Notes under the pieces: generated by a model
What the model was told of the DNA's origin: nothing
The model's database searches: none
Seen by the model: the letters and a program-made list of their open reading frames with translations, nothing else
Position numbers and translations under genes: made by a program
NCBI GenBank assembly: GCA_964035545.1
Contig: OZ037765.1
Location: 18,724,995 to 18,788,994 of the forward strand
Direction: 5' to 3'
Length of the DNA stretch: 64,000 bases
Source: Bugula neritina
Lineage: Eukaryota; Animalia; Bryozoa
Shown here: in pieces, positions 42,477 through 55,700 of the stretch
Layout: each line of letters opens with the position of its first letter
How positions within the stretch are numbered: the stretch's first letter is position 1

Positions 42477-43569
42477 GAATAATAGCCTTTGTGACCTACA
42501 ATGGTGGTCCTTTATCAAGTTTTAGTTGCTATCTTTAAGTATTATTTAGATCTACAACTAAGGTAACTTCTAAGAAGGCATGTATAAATATAGAAGTGCA
42601 ACAATAAAATTCATTAAGGTTTCAAACTAACAAAACCTAACAAAAATGATTTGCTGCTGAACAAAAAATCCAACTTTTTCCTTAAATGTATGAGACGCAA
42701 ATTTCAATTTTCAACAGATGGTTCAGACTTGCCTTACAAAATATTTTCACACAGCAGCGGTTGCAGCAGTAACAAGAGCAGCAAGGACACAAGTAGTGGA
42801 GAGAAAGATGCTATAAAATAACACAATCTATATATTTCTGACTAGTAATGTTAGAACAAATATAATACTAATGCAATTCAGTTTCAAACACAGTGCAACT
42901 ATAGTTGGCACAGTGAATTTAAAAGTGACTGCTGGCACTGGTGTTAAAATTACAGTTACTGACTAGTGAATTGCAAATAATAATAGTGATTAGTTTTGGT
43001 ATAATTATTAGAGTTATGTTTATTATGAATAAAATCACTCTGATTAAGTAACTATGACCCTTATGTCAGTGTACAAGTCATAGATTGTCTGTTATCACAA
43101 TAACTGATGGACCTAGTATGTCAGCAACTGCACTGTGAAAATTGCTAAACTATACCTATTATTTCAAAATTTAAAAAAGTCTTAACCTCTATCATGATGA
43201 TAATAGTAATGAAATGACTATGAGTAAGAAACTGGCAAATGAGTATGATGATCACTCATTCACAATTTAATGATCATTAGAATTTAGGGAATCAGTATGA
43301 GCATCAGTATAACTATAAAGCAAAAGACTGATTCAATAACACAAAATGAACATTATTATTATGATAACTACCTTTATAAAAATATTAAATCAAATAAAGC
43401 AATTTAAATTAGAAGTTGAAAATATAATTTACTAAAGTTTTTATTTCTATAGACTCTTAGTACTACTATTACTATTACTACTAGATTACTTTTTAGATTT
43501 AGTATTGGTATTCAGTTTCACTATTCAACATTCCCTTACTATTAATATTGTCGCTTGAGTTTGAATTTC

Positions 43570-43755
43570 GGGAGTACCCATGATGTAGTGCTTAGAGTGC
43601 TGGCCTAGCAACCACGAGGTCAGCAGTTTGAGTTCAAACACCGACAGTAATGACAGAAAGGACAGAAAGGACATTCCGTACTAACTGTTTTTATGCCACA
43701 TCAGAAAGCCCCTAGCTCGCTTCAAAAAACCCTTTCTATCAGGGGTTCTCACAGT
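43570..43755 (+). mobile_element. Degenerate tRNA-derived SINE copy
   Basis: tRNA-like head (GATGTAGTGCTTAGAGTGCTGG...GTTTGAGTTC) and a 3' tail AAAACCC...ATCAGGGGTTCTCACA shared with 63780-63950. Confidence 0.55.
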
Positions 43756-44414
43756 GATTTAAGTTTGAATTTCAGTATTACTAAATAGTCTATTAGTATT
43801 AGATTTAGTATTCCTGTTTATCAGTTTCAGTTTATGGGTATATTTAAATTATTATTTTAAATTTTGGTATATTTTCATCTACCACAAATTGAAATATACC
43901 AGATCAATATCATTATGATTATCATAAAGATAATTATAATGATTAAATTTAATATTATAATCATTATTATAATAATGATAATGCAAATCACTAAAAATTT
44001 AAAGTAAATCACTATGAATAAATGACTATGACTATCGTCTATCTGTATTACTATTATTAATTGTAAAGTCACTTTAAAATGAGTAAAATCACTAAATTTA
44101 AAATGAAAATATTTAGCATTATGATATTCTGGTAGACTCGTACAGATAATGATACTCATAGTGATAGTTTGCTACTCATAGAGTATCTTAGCCATACTCA
44201 TAGTTGTACTCATACTGATAGTGATGCTGTTTACTTCAGTTTATTACCTCAATTGAGGCAGAACTTCCGCAGCAACTGGAATGTCCATAGGGCGGTCTCT
44301 GGTGACAGTTTATATTGGGCCAGAGTTAGCATTTGTTGTTGTGTAATTGTTTATTATATTCTCCGCGCATCTCTAAATCTTATGAATTTTTGCAGCAGAA
44401 AAATAATGCGACCG

Positions 44415-44790
44415 GAGTCCTAACTCATTCCTTGCCTCAGATACACTGTCAGTGCGTCCCTTCAGATAGCTTATGAACCGTATGGCACTGTTCTGGACCA
44501 GCTCTATATCATAATCATGCACCTTGCTTCTCGTAGCAGTATCCCAAAACTACATCTGGCTCTACATAATCAAGTATAGGCTAGTCTGTATAGGTCTGCA
44601 TAATGATAGACTTGTGTAAGCCAGTAGCTTAGCATCTTTTGAAGCATCGTGATCATACATCAATCAACTTTAAGTTTTGATTTCTCCAAGGACTTTCGGG
44701 GAGTTGGTACACTTCTCATTTATGTGCTGATCAAATCTTAGGTCTGACTGGATTGTTACCCAAAGGTATTTAGTATTTTCTGCCCATGAA
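44415..44790 (-). mobile_element. Decayed non-LTR retrotransposon (CR1/L2-like) fragment from the C-terminal part of ORF2
   Basis: The minus strand translates, with frameshifts, to KYLWVTIQSDLRFDQHINEK...KLLAYTSL..CRP..LDY..FWD...IELVQNSAIRFI, the KYLGV...AY.SL.RP.LEY...W...EL.Q..A.R signature of LINE ORF2 C-termini. Confidence 0.75.
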
Positions 44791-45054
44791 AGGCATCAGT
44801 ATGTGCCTGTGGTACCGAGTTTGTACTGATAGTCAATGTGATACTCATAGTCATAGAGTATCATAGTGCCAGGCCCAGTGTCGCTGTCAGTGAATGTGAT
44901 ACTCAAGTCATATTGATATTCATATTTATTTATTTATTACTCTGTATTCATATTGAGCTTGACATTTATAGACTTTGAGCCACTCTGACTCTACTAAAAC
45001 TAAAAGTAAAAGTTAAAACTCAAAGTCAAACTTAATCATAATGATAATTTAAAT

Positions 45055-45128
45055 CTAATACTAATAGTAATACTAATACTAATAGTAATAGTAATACTAA
45101 TAGTTATAGTAATTCACTAATAGTAATT
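45055..45128. repeat. (TAA/TAG/TAC)n low-complexity trinucleotide repeat
   Basis: Directly visible. Confidence 0.7.
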
Positions 45129-46088
45129 GAATTTTAAATTTTATTTTTACTCCAAATTCAATGAAGTTATTTTCAATTATATAGCAACTAGACGTAACTG
45201 TAATAATACAAACTGAATAACTAAAATACAATACTAAGCAATATTAAATCCTCTGTAAACTACACACTGGATTAAAAGCTACACAGCTTAAAGTTTAAAA
45301 CATTGTCAATATCATTGCGACTATTAAGTATTATAATACTACTACCAGACATGCCTTCTGTTGTTAGCCAGTTGGTAGAAGACACCTTCTTAAATAGTTT
45401 TGTATTCAATATTGATCTACATCCTACCTACGTACACTATTTTTAGACTAGATAGAGAGGGAGCGCTTAATATTTACTAACCGACAACTCCTAAAAACAT
45501 CTACGAGCTCATTGCGAGTGCATAACATCTCCTCAACAACATCTGCCCGCCCATTTTAGTCCTATCTTGCAATAATGAACCTTATTTTTCCTAATAAAGT
45601 ACAATTATTATAGTCTACATGTGTTAAATTTTCGAAATGCTTATGTTAGAGATGACTCGAAATTTTGCTAAGAGTCACATTAAAAAGTTGAACACTTATG
45701 CTGGTCAGAAATTTTTATGTTTGTAAAGCATGCAGTTGCATATTTTTAAAATAAAATTTAAAGGCAACTTTCTTTTTTCTAAATTATTGAAGTGTTTTGA
45801 AGAATCTAGTCTTGACCTCAACTTAGGCGACACATATTTCATCACCATTATGTTTCACAAACTTCAACTATTGAAACTGTGCTGAAAATGTGAAACTATA
45901 CTAAAATTCTGGCGTGTTTTAACAAGCAATTAAAATAGGTCAAGAATCAAGATAATTAATATGTCTTAAATTTTTGACATAATGGTGATTTGTAAACAAA
46001 TAGGCAACCTGTAGTAGCAACTTGAGAAACGTGTTTACAACTTATATTTGGACATGTCACACTTTTTAAACTCAACATTCAACTAGAG

Positions 46089-47794
46089 CAGGGGTGTCCA
46101 ACCTTTTCAGACCGAGGGCCAGTCTGCAAGTTTCAGCTTGAGCTGGGGGCCACAACATTTTTTTGTTTTTAAAATAAATTTTCAAGATTCATTAAACATC
46201 TGCAGGCCATATGCATTGTAATTATAAGCGAGGGCTAGGCTTTGCATGTTTATTAAAATCATAACATATTTGAATAGATATATATTATTTATGTGTGTAT
46301 GTGTGTATATATGCATTTAATTAAAATAGGTAAACAAGAAACATTTCATTTTTATTACTTTAATAATCAATAATTATATATGCATTTATGTTTGTGCATA
46401 AGAAATTATACATATATATTCATACAAAGTAAATATTCATGATTGTACATGCAAATTTAAACAAGATGTGCCAGTGCTAAGAGTCTGTACTCATATCAGT
46501 ATAGTTATATTTTACAACCATCAGTGAAACACTTGTGAGTACACAGTGAGTACCGTTTGCCTTGAACAATTCTGTTAATATCTGGTTTCATATTAAAACA
46601 TATAACCCTTAGTTACTGGACTAAGTGCTGACTAGTGAGTGAAGTGTAGTATTTATTTTGTGTATTTCATTTGACTGAAAATTGAAAGCTCAGAGTTCAA
46701 GCCTTCAAGCCATCTCAGTGCAGTGCAGCATCCAACAAGCAGTCAAAGGTCAAAGGTCAAGGCGATTACAAATTCCAAATCATTTCAGTACATACTCGCA
46801 CAAAATTCATTATAAAACAAAATTGTTTAGGCATCTAACCTTAAAACAGTATGTAAATGAAAACTAACATATACATAATAATATTTTAGTACTGCATAAA
46901 TGAAGTGGGTCAGGGATTCTTCAACTACTTATCTTTCACAATACAGTCAATAAAAGTGAGATCTCAGTTATACTTTCAAAAAAGTCTTGTCTCTATATGG
47001 CCTGTCCTGGTTAAATGTCTTTGAAATATCTGTCTGCACAGGATAGCTAAGGGCAACTTTTTAGCTGCAACTGCCTTGCTGAGGTTTGCATTGTAACTGT
47101 GTAAAAATTCAGTACCAGTAATAACAATCTTATTTAATTGAAGGCTACTAGAATCAAAATTTAAAAACTATGGTGTGAATCTTATTTTTTCTCAGTGCAG
47201 CTTTTTTGGAATTTTTTCATTCTTTTGAAAAGTTATAGAAAAAAACTGCACATTTTTGGCTAATTTTGCCTCAAAAGTTGATTTTTTTAGTACCAGTAAA
47301 ATATCTTAGCAGGAAAACATGATATCTGAATAAAAAAGCAATAACTTTTAGATTTTATATAAATTGTGGATTTATACACTGGAAATGGTATATTTCTTTT
47401 CAAGTAGTAAACACTGTGCATCACTTCACACTTCAGTGAACGCGTAGAGATGAGCATATAATATAGGCAGCTACATTACTATAAGTCACAGGCTTGCTAG
47501 CTAACAGACTATAATGACTAGCTTGCTGTAATTGGTTGTAGTTTGATCTCAGGCTAAACAATGACAAGTAAGCAACACGCATGCCACCCACAGAACAATA
47601 TTGTAGAAGAACTTAAACTACATTTTAATAGAAATTCTTAGTGGGATGCTTTCAACTATCCCATGTGCTGCTGTTTCAGGCTAGTTAGCAAACTTGATAA
47701 ACAAAAATTTGTAACTTGCTATACCTTTGGGGGGCCACACAAATATAGCTGGAGGGCCGGATCCGGCCCGCGGGCCGCCTGTTGGACAGCCCTG
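46089..47794. mobile_element. Non-autonomous hAT (Buster/Charlie-type) DNA transposon, 1.7 kb
   Basis: TIRs CAGGGGTGTCCAAC / GTTGGACAGCCCTG; perfect 8-bp TSD AACTAGAG (46081-46088, 47795-47802) with a central TA; GGCC-rich subterminal motifs; decayed transposase C-terminus on the minus strand at ~46690-46530 (FSQMKY..K/NKYYTSLTSQHLVQ*LRV...PDINRIVQGKR). Confidence 0.92.
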
Positions 47795-49751
47795 AACTAG
47801 AGAATTGATTGAACTGCTGCTATGAAATATTGATGATGTTATGAACATTAAACTAATTACTGCCAGATCTGCCAGCAGACAACTAACGTAATAAAAGCCA
47901 TTTCAGTTAAAAGTGCAGAGTTATAAGCTCTTGAACTGTCAGTCATAATTGTCACTAGGTAGTGTCTATGATGCAAGACTATGACTATTCTAGTAAAGAA
48001 TGAAGCATTTAACATATAATCCACATAGGATATGTATTATAACAGAACAGAAGTAGCAGAATATGACATTAATAAAAGAATAAACTTGAAAAAATAATCT
48101 GCAGATGCTATAGTAGTATATCTATGTAATAGTTAACACTAATTAAAGTGAGCATTGTGCAGACAAATCTCAACCCATATTGAGTTTTCTAAGATTGGCA
48201 ATAGGTTATAAATATTTCACATTCCAGAGATACACAGAATAAATTACTTATGAATAAAATATGAGAATGTGAAACAATTTCTCGTAGCATAAGATTACTA
48301 CAGTTTTCAATTTCTGTAGTTTTTCACTAGTCACACTAACACTTGTTAAGTACTATGATACTGAAGTTGAATAGATTACAACTCTGAAAGCTGGCTTGGT
48401 ACATTACATATGGGATAATTGAAAAACAGAGAAATCCCAACAGCTTCCATTCCTTAAGTGTAACTTGACTTCATTCATATACACTAATGATGACATGATG
48501 TGGCCCAGAAAAGATCTGCTGCTCAGCCCGGCATGAGTAGCATGCCAACTCGTCAATTATTGTCACACGACACTCGAAGTTTAATGAGGCCATTTTTCAT
48601 CAATCTGGCTAATAGTTGTTAAGCATGCTAATGATACTAAAGTTAAACAGACTACAGCCTTACAAGTTGATGCGGTACATTATGAAGCTTCAGGAGTGAG
48701 AGCTGGCAACTCTCATTAGCTTCTGTTTCTATTAGTTTTGCTTGGCAATTTCACTTCCTGTCGAGAGTGGTTTAACAAGCAGAAGCAGAAGGCTCTAGCC
48801 AGCACAATCTTTAAATGGAAGTGATCAAAGAACACTGGTGTTGACTGAGCAATTTAATCATTACTGGTGTAGGTCAGCATTGATTTATCTTTTTACAGGT
48901 GACCTTATTTTTTTGTTGAACAATGGTGGCAGTTGGCAGTACTCCATATCAGAGAGAGAACAACTCTTGGATACCAGAATTTAGTCTAGAAATAAATGTG
49001 GAAATATATAAATATTTGTAAAATATTTCGAGTTCACACTTTAAAAGCTTTCATTAACTTTTTATGTCTCATAAAGACATTCACCAATCGATGATGTTGT
49101 ATAGTACTTGTAATTATTGCTATCAATCTTATTATTGCTAAATAAAATTAAATCCCTGCTAGGATATGTCTCAAAGGTGTACAGTTGAAGAAATCAGTTG
49201 TTATCAGAAGTGACATTTAGAATAAAATATTTCGACAAGATTCAGTAAAACTGTAAGGAGAAGTTCTAAATAAAGCAAGAGCTTAGTATTTTCAGAATAA
49301 GACAGATAAATACACCCTAAAGGTGTGAGATAATCAAAGTACCATAAATATATGTCTGCTACCAAATAGGCCATAATTATAAAACATATCAAACTAGAGA
49401 AAAATATTTTAGTACATTTATGAGCCTCTAATTCTTGTAGATACTTAAAAGTATGCATTTAACAACACAAGCATATTTCCCTAATAGTGATGTAAGCTTA
49501 TAACGAAAGAGAAAATGAATAAATCTCTTACAAAAGCCTAAGACAACAGGAATTAAGACATCATCATAATATTATGTTGGATAATTTTTCAATTATAAAC
49601 TTAATAATACAAAAGTGACGGCATATAGAGATAGCATATAGAGATGGCATATGGAAAATATACAGTAAAATGCAGCAAAATGGCCAGACATTACCAGCTG
49701 ATACAATAAAACTCACACCAAATACTGTACTGAGCCAATAGAAAATACAGT

Positions 49752-52700
49752 TTATCCACACTTGCCTTCAGAGTCCATAGGAAACCTTCGAACTCTTTTC
49801 ATAGGTACAGGAAACAGTCTTCCTTCATTAATTATATTCTTGAAGAGTTTCCTCCAGTCTGGCATGTGGGTGGGAGTCGGTATAGGTTTCACGAGCATCC
49901 GGAAAGGAAGTGGACTTTTGAAGAACTTTCCCTGCTCGCTCTAGTGGAAAATTTTTATAAATATTATATCAGTAAAATATAATCGGTTTCAACAACAATT
50001 ATCAAAGCAAATATTTATTCTATCTTATATTCATTAGCCAAGATTACTTAATGTTAATGTGGGAATAGTTGCTACTGATTACATTATACTTGATGTTAAA
50101 GAATTTCTGACCCACTTCATTTATGCAGCACCAACGTATTTGTATTTATCTTAGCTATCGTATACAGACTATTTGAGGGTTGTATGCTCAAACAATCTTG
50201 CTTTATAAAAAAATTATAACAAATGAAGTGTGTCAGGAATTCTTTAACAAAAAGTTTATAGACTTAAAATAACAAAAATAGCTACAAAACTAGGAAGGCA
50301 ACATTCTTTTTGGATAAGAGTGAGCAACAAAAACTTCATAAAAAATGTTGAAAATAGTTCAAATTCACAATAATTATTTCGCTACATAACGGTAAGTAAT
50401 TATATTGTAATGGATTTCAGTAGTGCAATTAACAATTAGTTATATATCGAAAGGGTCGACTCTATGTTGTATATTATTGTGGAGATCGACTACATCGACT
50501 TCCAGTCGACTTGTATCTTATGGTCGACAGTGGCACCACTAATACCAGCCAATCAGGAAGGACTGTTAATTGATAGCAGGTGGAGCTAGCTACTCGTAGT
50601 GGAAGCACGCTAAGTAGCTAAGCCGGGCAGAGCAGCTTGGGACTTCGCTTAGAGTAGTTGTGTGTAAAGGCTCATTATTATGTAATCGTTCAATTCATGT
50701 TAGCAGTAATTCAATTCTTGTATCTTGTAAATAATAAACTTATCATAACGTAAATAACCTGGTGTAGTAGCTTTGTTTAAGTCGACCCACATAATATAGT
50801 GAATTGAGAAATTCACTACAATATGTATACCTTTCTTTGCAGCATATAATCTACAGATAACTTCATCATGTTGATCAGATTTTGAACTTCATAGACTCTC
50901 AAAGCACTACATCCAGGTGAAGAGGCACCGGAATCTTCTAGTTTCTTGAGCTCATTAATCTCCTTCATTACAGCAACACTTTCCTTGTGCACTTCTGACA
51001 GCATATCTGGAATATCTGCAGAATAAACCAGTGTGTTGTGTGTGTGTATGTTGTGTGTGTGTGCGTGTGTGCGTGTGAGTGTGTGTGTGTGTGTGTATGT
51101 GCGTGTGAATTGTGGTGTAATGGCTATTAATAGTTAAATATAACTTTAAAATGCTTAAAATGCTTTTGGTAAACCCCTTGCTTAGTACAGCTACTACTCA
51201 CTAGTTGCCTAGTAGTAGCTGAACCCTTTGCTTACACACCATCTCAACAGACAACCAACCTATCACACATTTACTTTATTGCATTCATGTAAAAATACCA
51301 CAATGTCTAATATCATCCTACCAACAACCATGCTGAGATCATCAGAAGCATTAGCCTTGGCTTCTTCAGTGTATACCATAACAAAATCAAACCCATTCTA
51401 AAAAGAAAAATGGTTTTATGAGGTCTTAAGACACAAATATATACTGCTAAAACTGCGACATTGTGAAACACTTAATGTGATGATGAATATGGGAATTCTT
51501 GATCGAAATCTAAGATTTGTATCATTTGAGTCTAACTGTAGAATCATTCTGTACGATTTATAGCAGTAAGTGTCCATCATAAATAAACTGAAAGCTGACG
51601 TGCAACTGGTGAATAATCAAATGCTAATAATGTCGAGCAAATATTAAAACACACTACAAATAAAATGTCTTTTAGTCAGTGTGAGAAACTTGCAGCCTTA
51701 AACTCAGACATTGTTGATGCATGCAAAATGATTTGATGCTTTATTTTGTCAGCTTGCTAAATGCACAAGTAAAGATTGAAGGGTTTATGCAATTTTTTTG
51801 TAGAATCAAATTGCTTGAGAAATAAAAACAATTACTGTGAATTGGGTATTAGGGCACTTTATCACAGCTGCAATAAGAAAAATAGGTAACCAAATATGAC
51901 TCAAGCTTGAAACTTTTAGGAACCAATTTTATATTAGTTAGATGTATGGCTAAAGAAACTGAAATCAAAAGAATCTAAAAGCGTAAAAACAACGTTTTGT
52001 AAGCATTAAAGTTCATACCTCTACTAGGTTAGTGTGAGGCTGAATAAGCATTCTGCTTTCATAATTTTTCACTCGAGAACACTGATCATGAGACTGGCAG
52101 GGTGGGTACAGCAGAGACTTGTCTACTGTTACAAGGGCATTCTCTTCTAGGTTCATGGTGCATCTACAATAAAGTATGTAATGTATTCAGTTTACTAGTG
52201 ATCAGTTTAGTACTATTACACTGTTCATACTTTAGAGACTTTCTTCTCCTATCAAAGCACACCATGTCTTCTACATCTAATACAGTGCTCCCTCATATCT
52301 CACAATTCTAGTTCTTACAAAATTCCATAGGTCATGAGAAGGGCTTGGACGCCTCCCCTTTTTGTGGCCTATGTATGTGTATGGGGACAAAATGCATGGC
52401 TAAATTTAATGGGTCCGTAAATTAAATCTGGTGTTCTACTATGTCACGAATCGAGGTTTCGCGACCAGCAGCTCAGTGGGATATGGAGGGAGTACTGTAT
52501 TATAAAACTTCAAAGAATTAATATCAGATAAACATATTGTAATTAAACAAATACAAAATGATAATACTGCAACCGACACGATGGCAAAAGGAAAAATCAG
52601 GAAGCATCAATGTATGGAGTATCAACGCAATCTAACAATTGAGAGCTGATCAAATAAATAAATTTTCACAGCAATTAGTCACATCTCTTATAACTAAAAA

Positions 52701-55700
52701 TCATACTGTTCCATTTTTATATGCAACTTATATTTGTTCTTTTCATCGAGTTGATTAAAAAACACTGTATGCGAATACGAAATGAAAATGTACCTTCTTA
52801 GAAAGATGTACTCTCTCAAACCAGATGAAAAATTTATCATCCAATGAATGCGTTCCAAAGAGCCGATAGTCTTCTTACAAATCATCTCAGTTTTGCTGTC
52901 CCATTTTCTCCTACTTATTGTGGAGTTCTATTGTGTAAATAATAAAAGTGGATTAATTGTGTACATCAGCATAACACCAACAATTAAGATAGTTCCTTAA
53001 CCTATTTTCATAACTAGATAAAAAATGAATCTTGCCTGCATGCACTAAAAGGCCATTTAAATTTTATCAAATAGTGATATAGTGTAGTGAGTAGTGCAAG
53101 TACAAATACAGGAATCGCCCTCTCCCTATTCTTGGAATACTTAGACTCTTATGTAGCAACCAATTAGCAGCTCCGGAAGATATGCTTCCGAGTCACGTGA
53201 CACTTCCCGGGTTAATAAGATTATATCACGTTGTTGTAAGCGGAGGCTTGTAGTAGTAACATGTGTTAGTAGTTGACTCTTGTATAGGATAATTTGATGT
53301 GATGTTTGTTTTATGCTTTATTGTGGATAATAAATATAATTACTCGACAGCTACCCTAGTAATTGATAACAGAATAACCAGCTAACTATACGCAAGTAAA
53401 TAACTCACGCTCAGTAATTGCACAAATTACTACAGTGGTGGCAGCAGTGGGATCTTGCGTATAGCAGTCATGGCAGAAGACGGCACGGAGCTACCCATTC
53501 CACTGAATGAAGGTGAGAGAGATAATGTTGATATACCTGTGGAACCAGTGGTGTTAGATGAAGAAGTGAGAATTCTTAGAGGGCATGGTGAAGATAGATA
53601 CCGGCTGAAGGCGCCCACCTTCACTGGCGAAGAAGCAGTGGAGCAGTTTATTCAAGAATTCCAAGATGTGATGGAGATTGCAGAATGGCCGCCAAGGGTG
53701 GCGTTGCTAAAGCTCAGGATGGCGCTGACGGGCAAAGCTAAGCCGTACGGAGCTGGACCTGACATAGACGGAATCTTTGCTTCCCTGCGGGCCCGTTTTG
53801 GCATCTCTCCCATAGATGCGCGGGCCCGTCTACAGAGGATGCGGCGTGATCCTCACACGTCACTAGAAGAGCACGCTGCCACGGTGTACCCATTAGCGCA
53901 GATCGCATTCCGCGATCTGCCTCCGGTACACCGTGAGAGGTATACCTATGATGCCTTCGTGCAGTCCATCAACGACTTGGGGCTCCACCATCAACTCCAA
54001 GCGAGGGGAGTCACCACAGTCGAAGATGCACTTGCGGTGGGAGAAGCCTATCTCTTGGCGACTCATATGCACCGCAACCGCGTGGCCTCCCGCCAGGTGA
54101 CCACGGAGCACTCTACTGCTCACACCGAAGTAAATGCGGAACCCTCCGCGGTGGCTAATGTGAACCAGATGTCACTAGTGTCAAAAATCTCACAGATGAC
54201 TGACATGCTAGATAAGCTGGTCACCACATTAGCCTCCCCAAGCCAGGTAGATACTGCCCGTGAGCCTTGCGGGCCGCAGGTACAATCACCAGACATGGGG
54301 CACCACTTCTGCTGGGAATGCGGAAGGCCAGGACATTTCCAGAGAAACTGCCCTCAACTCCCACCAGGGTTAAACTACCCCGGCCCGCAGATGTTCCCAC
54401 CTCCTGCGGGCCGTCTGTAAATCACCCAGGGAGGCCCGCGCGTCTGTCGCCCCGCTGGGCGCCGCGCGGAGATGCTGTGAAGTGGCGACCCCCGCGGCAA
54501 GTAGGCTCAAGCCACTCGCCGCCTGGGTCCTCTACGCCACTCCGGCACCAACACGGAGCCGGCAGACGGTTGACCACAGAGCCTGCGAGGGAAACGGTAC
54601 AAGCGCCGCAAGGCGTACCGCCCCAACCTCGGCAGCTGGTCAATAGTCGCCGCCAACCGTGGACCCCTCGACCCACAGCGAGGGAGGTGCAACCACGGCA
54701 CACTCAATTGCAGCCGCACGGAAGTAGCTACTTCCTGCCAGGGAAGTTAGCCGGCAAGCCTGCCAACTTCCTCCTGGACTCCGGCTGCACCACCAACCTC
54801 CTTAGCCGTCAGTTCTTTGACACCCTCAGCGCTAAGGTCAAGGACAGGTTGGCACCGTACGAGGGGGATCACGGCACCTTGGCAGACGGGTCGTGCATTC
54901 CCTTCTACGGCATTATTGAGCTAACTGGTTACGTCCGTAACCAGGCCATCCAAGAGACGTTTATCGTCGGGCAGCTCAACGAGGATGCTATCCTCGGGAT
55001 GCCATTCTTACAACGACACGGTTGTCGCATCGATTTCAGTAAATCTGCGATAATCATGGGCGACAAGGAGCTCGCTTGTGTCGATAAGTTTGGTCGTCCT
55101 CTAGCGGGAGCAGTGCAGGTAGTACGGAGCTGTACTATACCAGGCCACTCCCGGGCTACCGTCCGCTGCAAGGTAGACGGTGGCCAAACCTCTAAGTTGG
55201 GAGTTGTCGAAAGTACGCACTCGAGAGTCCAACTTGCCCGTAGTTTTAGCCGGCTCACGGGGCAAGGAGAGATCTCAGTGCAGTGTGTCAACCCCTTCTC
55301 AGAGACAGTAGACCTACCACCCAGATCCATACTGGGTCGCTTCCATCCTGTCCAGGAGGAAGCCATTGGGCCGTCGTCGGGAGCTACGACGGAAGGTCCT
55401 CAGCAGAGCCCGTCTCGAGGGCGGAGGACCGTCCCAACCCACGCCTCCCCTCCTCCAGGGACGCGTGGCTGCACAGGCAACGGGAAACGCCAGGCTATGG
55501 CTAGGTTGCCACATGGGTACAGTGAGGCGTTCAGCCACACAGACCACGGAGCCCGCCTAAATAGAGCAGGCTGCCGTGAGGTACCGCGGGCGGCGAGGAC
55601 CGCCCCTGCTCAGCCACTTCAACAGAGGGCTGACACGCCCCCGGAGGCTGCCCAGAGCCTCCGCGCCAAACCTGTATGGGCTGGTAACGTTGGGGAGCTG

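Noticed and set aside
43875-44159. Ile-rich 94-aa ORF resembling a membrane peptide
   Set aside because: It is a by-product of ATT/ATA low-complexity sequence.
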